Below, one piece after another: positions 41,658 through 53,964 of a stretch of 64,000 nucleotides of DNA (the stretch's first letter is position 1; each line of letters opens with the position of its first letter). The translations under genes and the position numbers were made by a program. Source of the DNA: Chiloscyllium plagiosum (Eukaryota); assembly GCF_004010195.1 (NCBI RefSeq), contig NC_057718.1, forward strand, positions 83,434,503 through 83,498,502, given 5' to 3'. The notes under the pieces were generated by a model that saw only the letters and a program-made list of their open reading frames with translations, was not told the DNA's origin and searched no databases.

Positions 41658-41885
41658 CTGTCGAGCGTGTGGTGCTGGAAAAGCACAGCCGGTCTGGCAG
41701 TATCTGAGGAGCAGGAGAATCGACGTTTCGGGCATAAACCCTTCATCAAGAATGTTCATTTCTGATGAAGGGCTTATGCCCGAAACATCAATTTGCCTGC
41801 TCCTCAGATGCTGCCTGACCTGCTGTGCTTTTCCAGCATCATGCTCTCTACTCTGATCTCCAGCACCTGCAGTCCTCATTTGCTC
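41658..41885. mobile_element. Palindromic Penelope-derived mini-element with hammerhead cores and 14-bp TSD
   Basis: Inverted arms centred near 41755; TSD caaaattggaatta at 41644-41657 and 41886-41899. Confidence 0.85.
41762..41789 (+). ncRNA. Minimal hammerhead ribozyme core
   Basis: CUGAUGA-A-GGGC(UUAU)GCCC-GAAAC-AUC; the mirror copy on the minus strand (41722-41749) reads UUGAUGA-A-GGGU(UUAU)GCCC-GAAAC-GUC. Confidence 0.6.
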
Positions 41886-43104
41886 CAAAATTGGAATTAT
41901 TATAAGTTTTGTGATCATTTTTCCAAGCAAAATACAAAACCGATAGAAAATGCAAAATATCACATGGACCAGAGACTTTATGCCAAAATTCAAAGTTTAC
42001 CAATCATTCAAGTTCACGTCATGTAGATGAGATACGCATCGGATCACTCCTAAATCTCATCAGTTTACATTTTAATTCAGTTAGCTCCTTAAAGTTCCAA
42101 AGCTGGTACCTGCTGAGATCTGTCTACAAGTAGTAAATCATAAACACTGTTCTTTTGCAAGATTCCACTGAGTTGCAGAAGTCTGTTTGAGTGATCCTAT
42201 TATCACGTAAAAGCAATTTTTGTAACTTTGTAACCCCAGGGCTAAGAATGATTCTGCAAGTCCGATGACTTTACACTGCTGCTTTGATGGCCTTAATTTG
42301 GGGCAAACAGAAGATGCTACAATCTCCATGAAGACTGTTAACATTTAAAGACAATTTTGAAGTGATTAATAGGAATAACTATCACAAAATTTCATGTCTT
42401 AACTAAAACTTTACCTGAAAAAAATAAACAAAGCATGCACTATTGCCTTAACACTATCGGTGGTCAAGCCTACCATAAACCCAGCGTTCCTCCAACTTCC
42501 TAATTCTACTCAATATGCTACCGGACCTTGAGGGTTCATTTACTCCACTTTATACCACGGTTCTCTGGAATTAATTTGGATTTCTATCACTGATTTAACT
42601 ATTCTTCAAGGTGCAAGTTTTTTTTGGAACCCTTCCACTACCACTTGATTAAAGGACCTTCCAAGATCCCAAAATATTATCAGGTTACAGCTATTGCAGT
42701 GTCTGGTGGCCATCAGCCATTAATATATCCTTTCATAACATTATTTAAATGTGCAAGAGTAAGGAATCTAGGATGAGATACTTAATTGTGATTTCTGCAC
42801 TGATGATGATGATGATGATCAGGTCCACAGCAACCATACAGTAAAATTAATTTCTGCTGTGCAACACCCAAACGATCATGATCTTTGTGAGACTTGCAGA
42901 AGAAATTGCTGCTAATGGTTGGTAGGAAGGCAGAATGAGAAACTGCTGACATCAGCACATCAGACACTTATTCAAGTTAAAACTCAAATGCAAAGAACTG
43001 CATAAACAAATTATTTTAAAAAAAACACTTCAACAGATATTGCCTTATTCATGCAACAAACAATTTATACGCAGGGTGTTCAGAAAAGCAAAATACCCAT
43101 TTGT

Positions 43105-45625
43105 TGAGTCATACAGTAGGGAAACAGACCTATCAAATTAAAGGACCATTCACACCAATTAGATACCCTAAACTGATTAGTCCCACTTGCCAGAATTTGG
43201 CCCACGTGCCCCAAACACCTTCCTATTCATTTACCCATCCAGGTGCCTTTTAAAATGTTGTGATTGAGCCTGCCTTCACTACCTTTGACGGCAGCCCATT
43301 CCATACATGCATCACCCTCTGTGTGAAAAATTGCCCCTCAGCTCCCTTTTAAATCTTTCCTCACTCACCTTAAACCTTTGCTTTCCAGTTCTGGACTCCC
43401 CTGTGTTGGGAAAGACTTTGGCCCATGCCCTTCATGATTTTATAAACCTCTAAGGTCACCCCTCAGCCTCCGATGTTCCAGGTAAAACCATCCCAGCCTA
43501 TTCAGTTTCTTCCCATAGCTCAAACTCTCCAATCCCAGCAACATTCTTGTAAATCTTTTCTGAACCCTTTCAAGTTTAACAATATCTTCCCTATAGAAGG
43601 GAGTCCAGAACTGAATGTAGTAGTCCAAAAGTGGCCTCACTGATGTCCTGTACAGCCCCACATGACATCCCAAATACTATATTCAATGCACTGACCGATG
43701 AAGGCAATTGTGCAAATGCCTTCTTCACCACCCTATCCATCCGCGACTTAATTTTTAAGGTGTGCACCTGCACCTCTAGGTCTGTTTGCTCAACACCATT
43801 CCCTCAGGACCTACCAGTAACTGTGTAAGTCCAGCCCTGGTTTGCCTTAGCAAAATGTAGCACCTCACATTTATCTAAATTAAACTCCACCTGCCATTCC
43901 TTGGCTCACTGGCCCAATTGATGGAAGTTCGTTATATTCTAAGGTAACCTCCTTTATTGTCCACTACACCACCTATTTTGGTGTCATCTGCAAACTTACT
44001 AACCATATCTCCTATATTCTCATCCAAACCATTTGTATAAATGACAAAGCAACAGACCTAGCATCAATCGTTGCAGCATACCACGGGTCACAGGCTCTCA
44101 GTCCAAAAAACAACCCTCTACCACTACCCTCTGTCTCCGAGCTTCAAGCCAATTTTGTATTCAATTGACTACCTCCCGCAGATTCCATGTGATTAATCTT
44201 ACAAACCAGGCTACAACGTGGAACCTTGTCAAACGCTTTGCTGATTTACAAATGCACGTAAACCCTGTCCCTCAGAAACCCCTCCAACAACTTACCCATC
44301 ACTGACATCAGGTTCACTGGTCTATAGTTCCCTGACATTTCCTTACAGCCTTTCTCAAATAATGGCACATTAGCAACCTTTCAGTTTTCTGGCACCTCAC
44401 CCATGGCTATCAATGATACAAATATCTCAGCAAGGGCCCAGCAATCTCTTCCCTAGTTTCCCACAAATTTCTGGGATACATCTCATAGAATCTCTACAGT
44501 GAGAAAACAGGCCATTCGGCCCAACAAGTACACAATGGTTCTCCGAAGAGCATCCCTTCCACCTCACCCCATCCCATCTCTGCACCTCCCATGGCCAATC
44601 CACAAAGTCTACAATTCCTGGATGCAAGGGGCAATTTAGCACAACTAATTCACCCAACTTTCACATCGCTGGACTGTGGGAGGAAACCATAACACCCGGA
44701 GGATACGCACACAGACACAGGAGTGCATGTGCAAATTCCACACAGATAATAACCCGAGGCAAGAACTGAACCTAGGTCCCTGGTGCTGATCAGCTCCCAG
44801 GGATTTATCTACCTTTGTGCATTATAAGACCTCCAGCACCACCTCATCTGATGTATGGACACTTTTCAAGACGTCACAATTTATTGCCCAAATTCCCTTG
44901 CTTCCATGTCCTTCTCCACAGTAAACACCGATGTGAAATGTTTGTTTAGTATTGCACACATCTCCTGTGATTTGACACAGATGGCCTTGTTGATCAAAGG
45001 AGCTTCTCTCCATTGTTACTCTTTTGCCCTTAATGTATTTGCAGAATCTCTTTAGATTCGCCTTAACCCTACTTGGACAAAGCTATGTCATGTCCCCTTT
45101 TTGCCCTCCTGATTTCCCTCGAGTATACTCCTACTACCCTTTTACTCCTCTCGAGATTCATTCAATCCCAGTTGTCTATTCCAGGCATAGGCCTTTTTTT
45201 TTCCTTGACCACAGCCTCAACTTTTCTAGTCATCCAGCATCCCCTACATCTACCAACCTTGCCCTTGAACTAACAGGAACATATTGTCTCTGAACTCTTG
45301 TTATGTCATTTTTGAAGGCCTTACACTTTTCAATTGCCCCTTGACCTGCGAACAGCCTCCCTCAAATCAATTTTTCAAAGTTCCTACCTAATACTGTCAA
45401 AATTGGCATTACTCCAACTAGAGCTTTAACTTTTAGATCAGGTCTATCCTTTTCCATAACTATTTTAAAATTAATAGAATTATGATCACTTGCTCCCCCA
45501 CTGACATCTCAGTCAATTGCTCTGCCTTATTTCCCAAGAAAGAGTCAAGTATTGTTCCTTCTCTAGAGAGGTAAATCCACATATTAAAGAAGGAACTTTT
45601 CTTGTACACATTTAAAATTATAGAG
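43105..45625 (-). mobile_element. CR1/HER1 LINE, decayed, interrupted by a SINE at ~44484-44787
   Basis: Colinear with the 29052-31700 copy. Confidence 0.9.
44484..44787 (-). mobile_element. HE1/V-type SINE, 5'-truncated
   Basis: ggactgtgggaggaaacc...gcaaattccacacaga V-domain. Confidence 0.85.
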
Positions 45626-45639
45626 AGACCAATATAGTA

Positions 45640-48140
45640 CAAACTAAAGTTTTCGTGAGGATCTGTAATTTGGGAGCTGGTTGGATTCATTGTTGCTCTG
45701 TTCGCCGAATCGCAGGTTTGTTGGCAATATTTCATCCATTTTCTAGGTGACATCATCAGTGCTGTGTTGCCTCCGGTGAAGGGCTGCTGCACTGTTCCGC
45801 TTTGAACTTATGTGGTTCCGTTTCAGCTGTTTCCAGTTGGTGCTAGTTCCGGTTTTCCATTGCAGCGGTTTGTATTTTGGGTCTAGGTCAGTGTGTTTGT
45901 TGATGGAGTCCAAGGATGTGTACCATGCTTCCATGAATTCCCTTGCTGTTCTTTGTTTGACCTGTCCTAGCATCACAGTATTGTCCCAGTCAAATTCATG
46001 GTTCATATTGCCCGTGCATACGGATACTAGGGAGAGTTGGTTATGTCGCTTGATTGCGGTTGGTGCTCATGGATGTAGGTTGCATGTTGTCTGCCAGTTT
46101 GTCCACATAGTGCTTAGTGCAGTCGCTGCATAGGATTTTGTAGATTACATTAATCCTGCACAGAGTGGGTATCGGGTCCTTTATTCAAGTGAGCCACTGT
46201 CTGAGAGAGGATGCCAGTTTATATACTGTCAAGATCCCTAGTGGTTGCAGCAGTCTGGTAATCAGTTCTGAAAAGTTTTTCATGTATGGGAGAGTAGCCA
46301 GCGCGTTGTGAGGTGCCTTGTCTTCTTGACGTTGTTTGCCCGCCAGGCATCTGGGGACGAAACTGTGGGGGTATCCATTTTTGGTAAAGACTTTGTATAG
46401 ATGTTCTTCTTCCCATCTTCGCAGTTCCAGGGTGCTGCAGTGTGTTGCTGCTCTCTTAAACTAGGTCCCAATGCAGCTCCTCTTGCAGGTGTTCGGGTGG
46501 TTGCTGTTGCAGCTTAGGATCTGATCAGTATGTGTGGTGTTTCTGTTCATTCACCATTCTGTGTCCTTGTAACCATTATATCTATGAATGGGAGTTAGTT
46601 GTTGTTCTCCTCCTCTCCAGTAAATATGATCCCAGTGAAAATACTGTTGACCTTCTGGTGTGTTTTTAATTTCAACTCTTTTGATTATCATAGAAGTGTT
46701 ATCTACATGTCTGACCCATAGCTTGGGTTGGATCTATGGGAGGGCTCTCTGTTTGAGCTTTTGCATTACTGCATTAGCGATGAGCCCCAAGATGGGTGAG
46801 CCCTTGGGTGTCCCATTGATTTGCTCATTGAAGTATGACCATTGAAGATGAAGTATGTTGTTAGGCATAGGTCAAGTTGTTTTGGTATGTCTTTGTTGAT
46901 TGATTCATATTCGGTTTGTCTGTAGTGGCTGTCCAGGAGCTTTGCTACAGCTTCTTTGACTAAAGTTATGTCACTTGAAGTGTCAAATGAGACTGCCACC
47001 TCGCCTTTGTCGATATTCATGTTCCTGATGTTGGCCAGAAATTCCTGCAATAGAGTGTATGCAGTGTGTAGCTCTGCTAATGAGGTATTGAAGCGTTGGC
47101 TGTAGTTCCTTAGCTAGCCTGTGCATAGGCGTCGCTGTAGGAACACTATGGGTCTAAAGGGGGTGTTGGGTTTATGTACCTTTGTGAGTCCATAGATTTG
47201 TGGGGTGTTCATACCTTCTGGTTTCATACTTTGTAAGTCGGTCTTGGTTACGAGTACATTTTGATGTAGGTTCCATAGTGTGTTGATGGTTCTATTAGCT
47301 AGTACTGGTGTCGATTCAGTTTCCCTCTGTTGGTAGGTGTTGGTATTTGAGTAGTCTCTTAGCCTTTTGAATGCGACCTGTTTTCTCCATTACCACTCTC
47401 ATTCGGCTTTTGTCAGCCAGTGCTATTACTATGTTTAGATTAGTTTAGATTAGATTAGATTCCCTACAGTGTGGAAACAGGCCCTTCGGTCCAACAAGTC
47501 CACACCGACCCTCCGAAGAGTAACCCACCCAGACTCATTTCCCTCTGACTAATGCACCTAACACCATGGGCAATTTAGCATGGCCAATTCACCTGCCCTA
47601 CACATCTTTGGACTGTGGGAAGAAACCAGAGCACCCGGAGGAAACCCAAGCAGACATGGGGAAAATGTGCAAACTCCACACAGACAGTCACCAGAGGCTG
47701 GAATTGAACCTGGAACCGTGGTGCTGTAAGGCAGCAGTGCTCACCACTGAGCCACCGTGCCGCCTGTGTCCTTTCTTAGGACTTCTCTCCTTCACATTCA
47801 AGATGTTAGTTTGTCTTCTTGTCAGTGCGGATGCTATGGCTTGTCTGATGGCCAGCTGTATTTCATCTGTCAAAAACTGCTTGTTTTTAGTGTACATTCC
47901 AGTGCTGCTAGGAAGTCTGCCTTCCTGGCGTACTTGTAAGTGTAATTGTGTCCTCTCATCCGTGCTGCACTCTTGGTGTCTGATTGTTGTCTCTTTGGTA
48001 TGTTTCTTACCCAAGTGTCTTTTGGGGTGTCTTCTTTGTTGGGGGGTTAGCTTGGCTAGTTTTTCTCGCAGTGTCATTCTTTTCTTATATGTGGTTCTGT
48101 TCGGTCCTATGGTAACGGTCTGTTCGAACGTCGTAGTCCA
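45640..48140 (-). mobile_element. Penelope-like element, RT plus GIY-YIG endonuclease, decayed, interrupted by a SINE
   Basis: RT pieces VHKPNTPFRPIV (~47145-47180), AVSFD, LDLCLTTYFIFNG, GTPKGSPI and WVRHVDN; endonuclease NVIYKILCSDCTKHYV (~46100-46150) and HEFDWDNT...REFMEAW...SINK; degenerate hammerhead CUGAUGA...GAAA at 45730-45759 in the 3' terminal repeat. Confidence 0.88.
47435..47764 (-). mobile_element. Full-length HE1/V-type SINE nested in the Penelope-like element
   Basis: Head ggcggcacggtggctcagtgg and (TAATC)n tail. Confidence 0.92.
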
Positions 48141-49074
48141 TTGCTGATTGGTTGAATTAAAGATTAATGACTACTACAAGCTAGTCTCGACATGGTTCAC
48201 AAATACTCTACATAACCTCCCTATTTTTATGCACACAATTCTCTTTGGAATAAACAATAACCTTCTATTCGTTCTCCTGATTACCTGCATACTTACCTTT
48301 TGCGAATCATGCACTGAGATACCTAGATTCTATACCTCAGAGCTCTAATCTCTCACATTTAGATGCGTTTTTTTTATTCTTCTTGTTAATGGAAAACTCC
48401 ACATTTTCCCACATGATATTCCATTTGCTCAACCTTTGCCCACTTACTTAATCAATTTCCCTTTGTATCCTCATGTCCTTTTCTCAGCTTCTCTTTCTAT
48501 CTTTCTTAATGTTTGCTTAATTTGCTGACAACTTTTATTTCCTTCATCCAAGTCATTTACAGTAATTCCTCTATCTGCAAAATCATGAATCACAAATTCA
48601 CCCAACTGCACCAAAAATGTAACAACAAAAATCAACATCCACAGGCAAAACACACATATCCGTGAATTTTTAAACTATTTTTAACAATCTCCACACTCGT
48701 GAATTTCATCATTCGTTGCAGTTCTTAGGAATGGGCTCCTTAGGGATATGGAGGAATGACTGTAAATAATTTTTAAAAGGTTGAGTCCCCAACACTTATT
48801 AGATATGGCCAACCAGAAAATGGTATGTTTATACCTGTTTTCTGTTAGCTAGTTAACTTTCTAACCAGCAGTAGTCAATTCCTACCTCTGGACAAGGAGG
48901 GTACAAGTCCCATCTGCACCACAGCTGTGCAATAACATTGTTAAGAAAATATCTCTAATCATGCCAATGTGAAATCCATTACCATGATCTCGTCTTCTAC
49001 AATAAACTTGGGCAGCTCATCAATTATCAATCCAAGTTGCATATATCCATAGTTCACATTTGTCCACAGTACTT

Positions 49075-49522
49075 GAGGGTACATACATAAGAGAGAAATC
49101 AGGAGGGCAAAAAGGGGACATGAGATAGCTTTGGCAAACAGGGTTAAGGAGAATCCAAAGGGACTGCACAAATACATTAAAGACAAAAGGGTAACAAGGG
49201 AGCAAACAGGGCCCCTGAAAGATAAGCAAGGCAGCCTGTGGGTGGAACAGCAGGAGATGGGTGAGATACTAAATGAGTATTTTGCATCAGTGTTTACTGT
49301 GGAGAAGGACATCTATTTCCTCACAGAATGTGAGGAAATAGATGGCGACATCTTGAAAAATGTCCATATTACAGAGGTGGTGTTGCTGGATGTCTTGAAA
49401 CGCATAAAAGCGAATAAATCCCCAGGACCTGATCAGGTATACCCTAGAACTCTGTGGGAAGCTAAGGAAGTGATTGCTGGGCCCCTAGCTGAGATATTTG
49501 GATTATCATTAGTCACAGGTGA
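49075..49522 (+). mobile_element. CR1 ORF2, left part, split by the ERV
   Basis: ORF 49131-49556 is CR1-like ([16 protein letters not shown]...LVTG) up to the LTR junction. Confidence 0.9.
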
Positions 49523-50175
49523 TGAGGATCTGAAACCTGAATACAGGCTGAGGTAACTAGCTGTTGTCAGGATCAACCGCTTAATAGGTGTTCTTAATAA
49601 CTTAGGTGGCAGTAAAATGGCTCAATGCAAATAGCATGACAAAATGGCTTCTCGGCTGCAAATTGACAAATCTGCTATAGCTGCATAACTGACTAACCAC
49701 AGTCTGCTTCAATAGAGGAGATTAGCAGATAATGTTCCCTTTACAGCATAGAAATAACCAGACTAGATAAGACATTACTGGCCATCCTAACTGATCTTCA
49801 GATGCAGATGCAAAGGCTCGGTTAGTGAGATAAGGGTGGCCTGTGTGTTGGGAAAAAAAAGTTGGTTGCCAGGAAATATTACTGGATCAAGTAACTGTCA
49901 AATAACATAACATCGTGTATCGATTGGTAATTGTTTGATGTACTGTGATAATAGCCTGTACCCTTCTTTAAGTTAAATATAAAAATGTCTTTGTTTTAAG
50001 CCATGCGTGCAGCTCCTCAGAGGAAGACGGGTGCACACAACCTCTGTGTTTCTGGATGCTCTGTACCCGGCCGTTTGAAGTAATAAAGAACCAGATTGAT
50101 TGTGAGTACTTATTGACCGATCACAGAACAGAACAGAGAACCTCCCCCCCCAGCCCGGGGACTCAAATTCGGTCA
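49523..50175 (+). repeat. 5' LTR
   Basis: Starts TGAGGATCTG, ends GGTCA; TATAAA at 49978-49983, AATAAA at 50082-50087; direct repeat of 55955-56852. Confidence 0.9.
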
Positions 50176-50178
50176 AAT

Positions 50179-50188
50179 TGGCGTTGTC
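50179..50188 (+). promoter_or_regulatory. Partial primer-binding site, tRNA-Ser-like
   Basis: TGGCGTTGTC begins after a 3-nt spacer behind the LTR end; one mismatch to the recalled tRNA-Ser PBS TGGCGTAGTC. Confidence 0.5.
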
Positions 50189-50550
50189 TAAATTGATTTC
50201 CAAATTATTCTGTGAAAGACAAAACAAAGAAACATTGCGATATATTATAGCAAGACTGTCAGGGTTTTAGAACGTTGAGGATGTTTTGCAGAAATCATTA
50301 GTCTTGTTGTTCGTTGTCGGGTTGTTGATTAGTGGAGTTTTAGAATTATCTTCTCTGTTGTATCTGTTTGGCTTGTCTGGTTTGTCTGCTATGGTTTTGT
50401 CTGCTTGTTTTGTTTTTTTTTGTTTATGAAATATAGAGGGTGGTTGCTGCTTATGTCACATTAAAAGAAGAAAGCTGGCCAGTAATACAATTCTCTCACA
50501 CTCGGTTAAGCAGCTATTTGCCACAGCCAGGATTTATGAGACTTAACTCC

Positions 50551-50647
50551 CTAACTTTGACTGTTCTGGAATGCGAGTGCCCCACTAACTTTGACTGTTC
50601 TGGAATGTGAGTGCCTCATTACCCTTACAATGTTCCTGTGTGCGTGC

Positions 50648-50695
<48 letters not shown>

Positions 50696-50697
50696 GA
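50551..50697. repeat. 31-bp direct repeat (50551-50581 and 50585-50615) and (GA)n microsatellite (~50650-50697) in the ERV leader
   Basis: ctaactttgactgttctggaatg(c/t)gagtgcc twice; gagaga run. Confidence 0.9.
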
Positions 50698-52109
50698 CTC
50701 AAGTGTTGATTCCCTGCTGCTTGCAGAAAGTTTAACCTTTTGAGATTCGGTTTGAATGCACATTTGCTTGTTGGTGATTGAATGTTTGTATTTTGTTGCC
50801 TGGAGCTTGAGGTCCAGGACTGTTTTGAATTTGATTTGCATTTTGGGGATTTAACATGATTTCTTTTAAGGTTAAGGATCCATCAGTGATTATGAAATGA
50901 AATATTAACCCCTGTTCTTCTTACAAGCCATGACTGCCCTACTGCCAATTTCTAACCAATCACTTTTATGCTTACATGAAAGCTAATCTTATTTAATTTC
51001 AAATCAGTTTAATATGGAGAAAGATGACATTGTAATTTTTTTAAAAACATCTTCTCCTTTGATTCTGCACCATTTGACATCAGTATAAACTTACCCTCAA
51101 ATTCCCTATAATTTCATTCTACTGCCAAAGGTCATTTTCACTCCTCTTACCCTTACGTGTTGTACTAATGAAAGAATTGACTAAAGGAAGTAAAGCAGCA
51201 GCACTAAACCTGGGCCTCAGGTGCATGATCATTCTGTTCCAGGATGACAGCAAGTCTCTGCTCAATTTTTGTTATAATCTAAACTTAACATTGACGAAAA
51301 TCACTTCAGACTTTAACATTTGCTCACTGAGTGGATGAATTGTATGAGCCTTACTTAATTTAGTTAAACTTTGTAAAACTGGAAATATAAAGATAGATCC
51401 AAATATCCCAAACCAACAGCATTGTTTTCAGAAAATGATACTAGCAGATTTAAATTTTTGTTTCAGATTAGTTTGTTTCCACTTAAAGACTGCTGTGTTT
51501 CATTGGTGATTATAGTATGCCAGTCGTAGCTTTATTTTCTATCAATTCCCTTCCCTCAATAAGGATAGAAGTTTCAGTTCAACATTATGTCTTGATAAAT
51601 CATGTTACAAAATTAACATCCTATTTTTAACATCTGTGTCTTTAGATTCAGCAATTATTCATGCATTAGAAGGTTTTTTGTTACCATGTGAGTAGACAAC
51701 GCCTTTTAAGGCAGCTGCAGTCATTTCACGGCCTACAGCATTGTAAATGAGCAATGACTGGTCAGGACCACTTAAGGAACCTAGTCTGGGATTTAAATTA
51801 AAGGACTAGAACCAGGTAATTTTAATGGATTTCAGAGTTGGAAACTATATATTTTACATTTAACTATTGAATACTGGATAAATGAATTTTCAGTTTATAT
51901 TGATGACTTTTAAAATGTCGTAGTCATTTGTTCAGTTTCCACCTCTGAATTAGATATGATGATATTTTTAAAAATTATTAATTGTATTAGACCTGAATCA
52001 CAAAATCAGATGTAATTGGTAGAATTGCTTGGTTTTATTCCTTTACACATTGTCAGTGACCTGTCTCATTGCTTCATGGTTAATTTGAAGCATGACTGCA
52101 TTAATTCGT

Positions 52110-52900
52110 TGCTAATGAAAGAATGGAAAGATACGTTCCTGGCCATTTGATGAAATTCTGCATGTGATTGGGGGATGGAGGTAAGTATAGCAGATGGAAC
52201 TCCCAAAAGCTGGGAGATGTTCATAACTGACTGTAATTGGGTAGATGAAAAAAAATAAAAGGAACATGAGATTAAAAAAATAAAAGGGACATGAGATACA
52301 GTCTAAGGCCACTAAGGCTGAAGAATGTACAAACAGGTTAAAGCAACACCACTGTAAAATAAAGAACTTAGATTTTACTTGGAATCCTGAGCCTATGTAT
52401 GGCATACCGACCCTATTTGAGGATGGGGATTTTAATCCTGGATACCCGCTGAGCCCCTAACATCTCCTGACTGTCCCCAGCACATGCTTCCCCCCCCCCC
52501 CCCCCCCATTACAAATGTCTCCTTCTTTTGAAAATGAAGCATCCAGTCTTCATAGCTGATATCATGGGGACGAGCGGCCTGAGCCATCCTAAACCAGGGC
52601 CTATCCCGGGAATTAGAGCAATGTTAATGAAGCATGTCCCTGATCGCAAGAACAAACCGGCCCAATTTGCTCAATATGTCCAAGGGTGATACAGATGTAA
52701 ATGCACCAAAATTCTGGGAGTGGCTTGTATTATGTGAATATATGTGAAATATGTGGCTGTCTGTCTGATGGAAGTGGTATACAATTGAAAAAATAATCAA
52801 GAAGCTCAAATGACCTTTATTTTAACCCTATGCTTTTGCAATGTTTTCCTCCTGGTGTCACTGACATAATTCAGACAAACAATATGAACTAGGAATTTCC
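52110..52900 (+). pseudogene. Possible gag remnant
   Basis: WPFD matrix-like motif at 52140 and a poly-Pro run ending PPHY (PPxY late-domain-like) at 52490-52512; otherwise unreadable. Confidence 0.4.
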
Positions 52901-52979
52901 AGTCGCAAATGAAGCGAATAGTGGTTTTCTATTGGAATGGCCAGAACCAGACTGAACCATGATGTAAGTTACAGGTAAA

Positions 52980-53940
52980 ACCGATTATATCCAGTGCCCT
53001 TGCGATCCCAAATGCCATGTGCCAGCCCTGACAGGGCTGATTGGGACCAAGTCACTAGGGGTGGAACATACCTCAGATGCCCACCAGCGACCACTAAGCA
53101 ACCTTTTCCTGAGGGGACCCTGGAAATGGGGACAGGCAAACCCCAGTATTACACCTTTGACACTTTAAGCAAGACAGCAAAATCTTTCAGGGACAAATGG
53201 CTGACCCATGCTTTAACTGTGGAAATGTGGCCACTGGGGAATGATGTGTCTTTAATGTTACCTTGGAGCTAATGTGGGGATCGACATGCTTGTGTCCTAG
53301 CAAAAGGAAAATCTGCTAATATACACTGACTCTTAGTTCTGCTTTTGGTGTGACCCACGATTTGGGAGCCTTGTGGGCACATGCAGGGCTTTTAACCTCC
53401 ACGGGGCAGCATAATAGTAATGCTGTTTTGTCCAATCAATCGGGCAGTTATCAAGATGTTCAGCTCACGATACCACTGATAGTTTCCAAAGTAATGAGCA
53501 GGTCGATGCTGCTGCCAAGCAGGCAGCCTTACACCCTAAAGTTCTGGTCCCACTGGGCCCCTAGCAAAACATGGATAGAGACAATATGGGGATAGGTATG
53601 CCAGAGCTGGATAAGGTACAAAATTACAGGGGGAACCCACTGCTGAAGAGCACAAACTATGGCCTCAAATAGGGTACCCCCTCGATACTCAAACCAAAAT
53701 ATGGGTGACCCCTACTGGACAAGTTTGTGTTCCTTTTTTGCTGCTGCCTATTATAGTTGATTATTTGTATTATTGTACATACTTGGGCAAGGAGGGAACG
53801 GTTTATACTCGATTACAATGGACACGTCGCGACCGCCAACCTCGATGGGAGGGGCCCTTTCAGGTTCTCCACACCATCCCTACTGCTGATAAGGTTGCCA
53901 GGCACGTCCATCATTGCAAGGTCATCGCATGTGCCCCATG
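52980..53940 (+). pseudogene. pol: pol remnant: RNase H, integrase N- and C-terminal pieces; RT and integrase core deleted
   Basis: ACVLAKGKSANI/YTDS/AFGVTHDLGALWAHAGLLTSTG (53285-53410, frameshifted), NEQVDAAAKQAA (~53493-53528) and PRWEGPFQVLHTIPTADKV...HVHHCK match gamma/epsilon-type pol motifs. Confidence 0.85.
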
Positions 53941-53964
53941 CAAAGGTGGTGGTGGGGGGAAGAG

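Noticed and set aside
41658..41885. MITE (DNA transposon) interpretation of the palindromic units
   Set aside because: The arms are asymmetric, the TSDs are 14 bp, and hammerhead cores are present, which fits Penelope-type retrotransposition better than cut-and-paste.
47566..48147. 193-aa plus-strand ORF
   Set aside because: A chance read-through of the antisense strands of a SINE and the Penelope-like element.
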